A stretch of DNA of 64,000 bases from the human T2T-CHM13v2.0 reference genome, Homo sapiens. A program made the translations under genes and the position numbers. A model generated the notes under the pieces. It did not search any database. It saw only the letters and a list, made by a program, of their open reading frames with translations, and was not told the origin of the DNA. The stretch lies in the NCBI RefSeq assembly GCF_009914755.1, contig NC_060928.1, one strand, 5' to 3'. Within the stretch, counting starts at the first letter, position 1, and each line of letters opens with the position of its first letter. Positions 56,044-64,000 of the stretch are shown piece after piece.

Positions 56044-59000
56044 CATTCTCAGAAACTTCTTTGTGCTGCATGTCCTCAATTCACAGAGCTGAACCTTTGT
56101 TTGGATACAGCATTTTGGAAACATTCCTTTAGTAGAATCTGCAAGTTGATATTTAGATAGCTTTGAAGATTTCGTTGGAAACGGGAATATCTTCATAGAA
56201 AATCTAGACGGAAGCATTCTCAGAAACTGCTTTGTGATGTTTGCATTCAAGTCACAGAGTTGAATATTCCCTTTTATAGAGTAGGTTTGAAACACTCTTT
56301 CGGCACTACCTGGAAGTGGATATTTCGAGCTCTTTGAGGCCTATGGTTAAAAGGAAATATCTTCCCATAAAAACTAGACAGAAGCCGTCTCAGAAACTTG
56401 TTTGTGATGTGTGTATTCAACTAACAGAGTTGAACATTTCTGTTACAGAGCAATTTTAAAACACTCTTTTTGTGGAATCTGAAAGTGGATAATTGGATAG
56501 CTTTGTGGATTTCGTTGGAAACGGGATGACGTATAAAATCTAGAGAGAAGCATTCTCAGGAACTTCTTTGTGATGTTTGCATTCAAGTCACAGAATTGAA
56601 CATTCCTTTTCATAGTGCAGGTTTGAAACACTCTTTCTGTAGTATCTGGAAGTGGACATTTCAAGCGCTTTCAGGCCTACGGGGAGAAAGGAAATATCTT
56701 CAAATAAAAACTAGACAGAAGGATTCTCAGAAACTTATTTGTGATGTGTGTCCTAAACGAACACAGTTGAACCTTTGTTTAGATACAGCATTTTGGAAAC
56801 ACTCCTTTTGTAGGATCTGCAGGTGGATATTTGGATAGATTTTAAGATTTCGTTGGAAACGGGAGTTTCTTCATAGAAACTCAAGACAGATGCATTCTCA
56901 GAAACATCTCTGTGATGTTTGCATTCCACTCATAGAGTTGAAAACTTCCTTTCATAGAGCAGGTTTGAAACACTCTTTTTGTAATATTTGGAAGTGGACA
57001 TTTGCAGCGCTTTGAGGCCTATGGTGAAAAAGGAAATATCTTCTCATAAAAACCAGAAACAAGCATTCTCAGAAACTTCTTTTTGATGTGTGTACTCAAG
57101 TAACAGAGTTGAACCTTCCTTTTGACACAGCAGTTTTGAAACAATCTTTTTGTAGAATCTGCAAGTGGATATTTGGATAGCTTTGAGGATTTCGTTGGAA
57201 ACGGGATATCTTCATATAAAATCTAGACAGAAGCATTCTCAGAAACTTCTTTGTGCTGTATGTCCTCAATTAACAGAGTTGAACCATTGCTTGGATACAG
57301 CATTTTGGAAACATTCCTTTAGTAGAATCTGCAAGTTGATATTTAGATAGATTTGAAGATTTCGTTGGAAAAGGGAATATCTCCATATAAAATCTAGACG
57401 GAAGCATTCTCAGAAACTGCTTTGTGATGTTTCCATTCAAGTCACAGAGTTGAATATTCCCTTTTATAGAGCACGTTTGAAACACTCTTTCTGCACTATC
57501 TGGAAGTGGACATTTCGAGCGCTTTGAGGCCTATGGTGAAAAAGGAAATATCTTCCCATGAAAATTAGACAGAAGCATTCTCAGAAACTTGTTTGTGATG
57601 TGTGTATTCAACTAACAGAGTTGAACTTTTGTTTTTACAGAGCCGTTTTAAAACACTCTTTTTGTGGAATCAGAAAGTGGATATTCGGATGGCTCTGAGG
57701 ATTTCGTTGGAAGCGGGATTACATATAAAATCTAGAGAGAAGCATTCTCAGGAACTTCTTTGTGATGTTTGCATTGAAGTCACAGAATTGAACATTCACT
57801 TTGATAGAGCAGGTTTGAAACACTCATTCTGTAGTATCTGGAAGTGGACATTTCAAGCGCTTTCAGGCCTATGGTGAGAAAGGAAATATCTTCGAATAAA
57901 AACTAGACAGAAGCATCCTCAGAAACTTATTTGTGATGTGTGTCCTCAACCAACAGAGTTGAAACTTTGTTTTGATACAGCATTTTGGAAACACTCCTTT
58001 TGTAGAATCTGCAGGTGGATATGTGGATAGCTCTGAAGATTTCGTTGGAAACGGGAATTTCTTCATATAAAATCAAACAGAAGCATTCTCAGAAACTTCT
58101 CAGTGATGTTTGCATTCAGCTCATGGAGTTGAACACTTCCTTTCATAGAGCCGGTTTGAAACACTCTTTCTGCACTACCTGGAAGAGGCCATTTCGAGCG
58201 CTTTGAGTCCTATGGTGAAAAAGGAAATATCTTCTCATAAAAACCAGAAAGAAGCATTCTCAGAAACTTCTTTGTGTTGTGTGTACTCATGTAACAGTGT
58301 TGAACCATCCTTTTGACAGAGCAGTTTTGAAACACTCTTTTTGTAGAATCTGCAAGTGGATATTTGGATAGCTTTGAGGATTTCGTTGGAAACGGGATGA
58401 CATATAATATCTAGAGAGAAGCATTCTCAGGAACTTCTTTGTGCTGTTTGCATTCAAGTCACAGAATTGAACATTCCCTTTCATAGAGCAGATTTGAAAC
58501 ACTCTTTCTCTAGTATCTGGAAGTGGGCATTTCAAGCGCTTTCAGGCCTATTGAGAGAAAGGAAATACCTTCAAATAAAAACTAGACAGAAGCATTCTCA
58601 GAAACTTGTTTGTGATGTGTGTATTCAACTAACAGAGTTGAACTTTTGTTTTTACAGAGCCGTTTTAAAACACTCTTTTTGTGGAATCCGAAAGTGGATA
58701 TTCGGATGGCTCTGAGGATTTCGTTGGAAGCGGGATTACATATAAAATCTAGAGAGAAGCATTCTCAGGAACTTCTTTGTGATGTTTGCATTGAAGTCAC
58801 AGAATTGAACATTCACTTTGATAGAGCAGGTTTGAAACACTCATTCTGTAGTATCTGGAAGTGGACATTTCAAGCGCTTTCAGGCCTATGGTGAGAAAGG
58901 AAATATCTTCGAATAAAAACTAGACAGAAGCATCCTCAGAAACTTATTTGTGATGTGTGTCCTCAACTAACAGAGTTGAAACTTTGTTTTGATACAGCAT

Positions 59001-60292
59001 TTTGGAAACACTCTTTTTGTAGAATCTGCAGGTGGATATTTGGATAGCTTAGAGGGATTCGTTGGAAAGGGGATATCTTCATATAAAATCTAGACAGAAG
59101 CATTCTCAGAAACTTATTTGTGATGTGTGTCCTCAACTAACAGAGTTGAACCTTGGTTTTGATACAGCATTTTGGAAACACTCCTTTTGTAGAATCTGCA
59201 GGTGGATATGTGGATAGCTCTGAAGATTTCGTTGGAAACGGGAATTTCTTCATATAAAATCAAACAGAAGCATTCTCAGAAACTTCTCAGTGATGTTTGC
59301 ATTCAGCTCATGGAGTTGAACACTTCCTTTCATAGAGCCGGTTTGAAACACTCTTTCTGCACTACCTGGAAGAGGACATTTCGAGCGCTTTGAGTCCTAT
59401 GGTGAAAAAGGAAATATCTTCTCATAAAAACCAGAAAGAAGCATTCTCAGAAACTTCTTTGTGTTGTGTGTACTCATGTAACAGTGTTGAACCATCCTTT
59501 TGACAGAGCAGTTTTGAAACACTCTTTTTGTAGAATCTGCAAGTGGATATTTGGATAGCTTTGAGGATTTCGTTGGAAACGGGATGACATATAATCTCTA
59601 GAGAGAAGCATACTCAGGAACTTCTTTGTGATGTTTGCATTCAAGTCACAGAATTGAACATTCCCTTTCATAGAGCAGGTTTGAAACACTCTTTCTCTAG
59701 TATCTGGAAGTGGGCATTTCAAGCGCTTTCAGGCCTATTGAGAGAAAGGAAATACCTTCAAATAAAAACTAGACAGAAGCATTCTCAGAAACTTATTTGT
59801 GATGTGTGTCCTCAACTAACAGAGTTGAACCTTTGTTTTGATACAGCATTTTGGAAACACTCCTTTTGTAGATTCTGCAGGTGGATATTTGGATAACTTT
59901 GAAGATTTCGTTGGAAACCGGAATATCTTCATATAAAATCAAGACAGAAGCATTCTCGGAAACATCTCTGTGATGTTTGCATTCAACTCAGTAGAGTTGA
60001 ACACTTCCTTTCATAGAGCAGGTTTGAAACACTCTTTCTGCACTACCTGGAAGCGGACATTTCGAGCGCTTTGAGGCCTATGGTGAAAAAGGAAATATCT
60101 TCTCATAAAAACCAGAAAGAAGCATTCTCAGAAACTTCTTTGTGTTGTGTGTACTCAAGTAACAGTGTTGAACCTTCCTGTTGACACAGCAGTTTTGAAA
60201 CACTCTTTTGGTAGAATCTGCAAGTGGATATTTGGATAGCTTTGAGGATTTCGTTGGAAACGGGTTATCTTCATATAAAATCCAGACAGGAG
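56044..60292 (+). repeat. U17: 25-mer HOR variant (extra 6-mer copy 4 at 57576-58592)
   Basis: Spacing 55975 to 60224 = 4249; j ORF at 57602 and 58619. Confidence 0.94.
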
Positions 60293-63200
60293 CATTCTCA
60301 GAAACTTCTTTGTGCTGCATGTCCTCAATTCACAGAGCTGAACCTTTGTTTGGATACAGCATTTTGGAAACATTCCTTTAGTAGAATCTGCAAGTTGATA
60401 TTTAGATAGCTTTGAAGATTTCGTTGGAAACGGGAATATCTTCATAGAAAATCTAGACGGAAGCATTCTCAGAAACTGCTTTGTGATGTTTGCATTCAAG
60501 TCACAGAGTTGAATATTCCCTTTTATAGAGTAGGTTTGAAACACTCTTTTGGCACTACCTGGAAGTGGATATTTCGAGCTCTTTGAGGCCTATGGTTAAA
60601 AGGAAATATCTTCCCATAAAAACTAGACAGAAGCCGTCTCAGAAACTTGTTTGTGATGTGTGTATTCAACTAACAGAGTTGAACATTTCTGTTACAGAGC
60701 AATTTTAAAACACTCTTTTTGTGGAATCTGAAAGTGGATAATTGGATAGCTTTGTGGATTTCGTTGGAAACGGGATGACGTATAAAATCTAGAGAGAAGC
60801 ATTCTCAGGAACTTCTTTCTGATGTTTGCATTCAAGTCACAGAATTGAACATTCCTTTTCATAGTGCAGGTTTGAAACACTCTTTCTGTAGTATCTGGAA
60901 GTGGACATTTCAAGCGCTTTCAGGCCTACGGGGAGAAAGGAAATATCTTCAAATAAAAACTAGACAGAAGGATTCTCAGAAACTTATTTGTGATGTGTGT
61001 CCTAAACGAACACAGTTGAACCTTTGTTTTGATACAGCATTTTGGAAACACTCCTTTTGTAGGATCTGCAGGTGGATATTTGGATAGATTTTAAGATTTC
61101 GTTGGAAACGGGAGTTTCTTCATAGAAACTCAAGACAGATGCATTCTCAGAAACATCTCTGTGATGTTTGCATTCCACTCATAGAGTTGAAAACTTCCTT
61201 TCATAGAGCAGGTTTGAAACACTCTTTTTGTAATATTTGGAAGTGGACATTTGCAGCACTTTGAGGCCTATGGTGAAAAAGGAAATATCTTCTCATAAAA
61301 ACCAGAAACAAGCATTCTCAGAAACTTCTTTTTGATGTGTGTACTCAAGTAACAGAGTTGAACCTTCCTTTTGACACAGCAGTTTTGAAACAATCTTTTT
61401 GTAGAATCTGCAAGTGGATATTTGGATAGCTTTGAGGATTTCGTTGGAAACGGGATATCCTCATATAAAATCTAGACAGAAGCATTCTCAGAAACCTCTT
61501 TGTGCTGTATGCCCTCAATTAACAGAGTTGAACCATTGCTTGGATACAGCATTTTGGAAACATTCCTTGAGTAGAATCTGCAAGTTGATATTTAGATAGA
61601 TTTGAAGATTTCATTGGAAAAGGGAATATCTCCATATAAAATCTAGAGGGAAGCATTCTCAGAAACTGCTTTGTGATGTTTCCATTCAAGTCACAGAGTT
61701 GAATATTCCCTTTTATAGAGCACGTTTGAAACACTCTTTCTGCACTATCTGGAAGTGGACATTTCGAGCGCTTTGAGGCCTATGTTGAAAAAGGAAATAT
61801 CTTCCCATAAAAACTAGACAGAAGCATTCTCAGAAACTTGTTTGTGATGTGTGTATTCAACTAACAGAGTTGAACTTTTGTTTTTACAGAGCCGTTTTAA
61901 AACACTCTTTTTGTGGAATCAGAAAGTGGATATTCGGATGGCTCTGAGGATTTCGTTGGAAGCGGGATTACATATAAAATCTAGAGAGAAGCATTCTCAG
62001 GAACTTCTTTGTGATGTTTGCATTGAAGTCACAGAATTGAACATTCACTTTGATAGAGCAGGTTTGAAACACTCATTCTGTAGTATCTGGAAGTGGACAT
62101 TTCAAGCGCTTTCAGGCCTATGGTGAGAAAGGAAATATCTTCGAATAAAAACTAGACAGAAGCATCCTCAGAAACTTATTTGTGATGTGTGTCCTCAACT
62201 AACAGAGTTGAAACTTTGTTTTGATACAGCATTTTGGAAACACTCTTTTTGTAGAATCTGCAGGTGGATATTTGGATAGCTTAGAGGGATTCGTTGGAAA
62301 GGGGATATCTTCATATAAAATCTAGACAGAAGCATTCTCAGAAACTTATTTGTGATGTGTGTCCTCAACTAACAGAGTTGAACCTTGGTTTTGATACAGC
62401 ATTTTGGAAACGCTCCTTTTGTAGAATCTGCAGGTGGATATGTGGATAGCTCTGAAGATTTCGTTGGAAACGGGAATTTCTTCATATAAAATCAAACAGA
62501 AGCATTCTCAGAAACTTCTCAGTGATGTTTGCATTCAGCTCATGGAGTTGAACACTTCCTTTCATAGAACCGGTTTGAAACACTCTTTCTGCACTACCTG
62601 GAAGAGGCCATTTCGAGCGCTTTGAGTCCTATGGTGAAAAAGGAAATATCTTCTCATAAAAACCAGAAAGAAGCATTCTCAGAAACTTCTTTGTGTTGTG
62701 TGTACTCATGTAACAGTGTTGAACCATCCTTTTGACAGAGCAGTTTTGAAACACTCTTTTTGTAGAATCTGCAAGTGGATATTTGGATAGCTTTGAGGAT
62801 TTCGTTGGAAACGGGATGACATATAATATCTAGAGAGAAGCATTATCAGGAACTTCTTTGTGATGTTTGCATTCAAGTCACAGAATTGAACATTCCCTTT
62901 CATAGAGCAGGTTTGAAACACTCTTTCTCTAGTATCTGGAAGTGGGCATTTCAAGCGCTTTCAGGCCTATGGAGAGAAAGGAAATACCTTCAAATAAAAA
63001 CTAGACAGAAGCATTCTCAGAAACTTATTTGTGATGTGTGTCCTCAACTAACAGAGTTGAACCTTTGTTTTGATACAGCATTTTGGAAACACTCCTTTTG
63101 TAGAATCTGCAGGTGGATATTTGGATAACTTTGAAGATTTCGTTGGAAACCGGAATATCTTCATATAAAATCAAGACAGAAGCATTCTCGGAAAAATCTC

Positions 63201-64000
63201 TGTGATGTTTGCATTCAACTCAGTAGAGTTGAACACTTCCTTTCATAGAGCCGGTTTGAAACACTCTTTCTGCACTACCTGGAAGCGGACATTTCGAGCG
63301 CTTTGAGGCCTATGGTGAAAAAGGAAATATCTTCTCATAAAAACCAGAAAGAAGCATTCTCAGAAACTTCTTTGTGTTGTGTGTACTCAAGTAACAGTGT
63401 TGAACCTTCCTTTTGACACAGCAGTTTTGAAACACTCTTTTGGTAGAATCTGCAAGTGGATATTTGGATAGCTTTGAGGATTTCGTTGGAAACGGGTTAT
63501 CTTCATATTAAATCCAGACAGGAGCATTCTCAGAAACTTCTTTGTGCTGCATGTCCTCAATTCACAGAGCTGAACCTTTGTTTGGATACAGCATTTTGGA
63601 AACATTCCTTTAGTAGAATCTGCAAGTTGATATTTAGATAGCTTTGAAGATTTCGTTGGAAACGGGAATATCTTCATAGAAAATCTAGACGGAAGCATTC
63701 TCAGAAACTGCTTTGTGATGTTTGCATTCAAGTCACAGAGTTGAATATTCCCTTTTATAGAGTAGGTTTGAAACACTCTTTTGGCACTACCTGGAAGTGG
63801 ATATTTCGAGCTCTTTGAGGCCTATGGTTAAAAGGAAATATCTTCCCATAAAAACTAGACAGAAGCCGTCTCAGAAACTTGTTTGTGATGTGTGTATTCA
63901 ACTAACAGAGTTGAACATTTCTGTTACAGAGCAATTTTAAAACACTCTTTTTGTGGAATCTGAAAGTGGATAATTGGATAGCTTTGTGGATTTCGTTGGA
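60293..64000 (+). repeat. U18 canonical 19-mer (60293-63524) plus partial U19 (a, b, most of c)
   Basis: Spacing 60224 to 63456 = 3232; the window ends inside the CENP-B box of monomer c. Confidence 0.95.

Larger units (their letters stand above)
1..64000 (+). repeat. Alpha satellite (alphoid) centromeric HOR array, SF2 dimeric type; probably human chr4 D4Z1 (S2C4H1L) active array
   Basis: Uninterrupted 166-172-bp monomers starting CATTCTCAGAAAC, largely alternating CENP-B-box (TTCGTTGGAAACGGG) and A-type (GGCCTATGGTGAAAAAGGAAAT) monomers. Identical ORF translations recur every 3232 bp (1212, 4444, 7676, 10908...). Alpha satellite is certain; the D4Z1 assignment rests on recalling its 3.2-kb 19-mer (about 0.85). 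Confidence 0.98.

Noticed and set aside
18723-63509. Singleton substitutions (e.g. 18723, 18880, 21075, 37539, 48057, 63509)
   Set aside because: Each is seen once and cannot be distinguished from consensus error without reads.
21-63776. About 200 short ORFs (61-129 aa) on both strands, including the recurrent 129-aa minus-strand ORF
   Set aside because: They are chance translations of alpha satellite. They repeat with the HOR, overlap in conflicting frames, many start at non-ATG codons, and none shows a recognisable domain.
1-64000. CRISPR-like pattern of conserved motifs separated by variable sequence
   Set aside because: The intervening sequences are homologous parts of the monomer, not unique spacers, and there are no cas genes.

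Overview
All 64 kb is primate (human-type) centromeric alpha satellite: ~171-bp monomers, one orientation, with no genes, transposons or inversions. The monomers form a 19-monomer higher-order repeat (HOR) with an exact 3232-bp period. The size and the dimeric A/B (suprachromosomal family 2) pattern fit the human chromosome 4 active array D4Z1 (S2C4H1L); this is recognition, not a database match. I label monomers a-s from 1281 and number units U0-U19. The window holds one 7-mer variant (U0, 1191 bp), 14 canonical 19-mers, four 25-mer variants (4249 bp, each with an extra 1017-bp 6-mer) and a partial last unit. Each 19-mer has 8 intact CENP-B boxes, 3 degenerate boxes and 8 A-type monomers. Single-base variants record nested duplications (offsets 3.2, 13.9, 16.2 and 32.1 kb) and recombination among the 25-mers. 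All listed ORFs are artefacts of the satellite. I found no new gene system; the interest lies in array structure and evolution. SNV comparisons were made by eye and need alignment to confirm.
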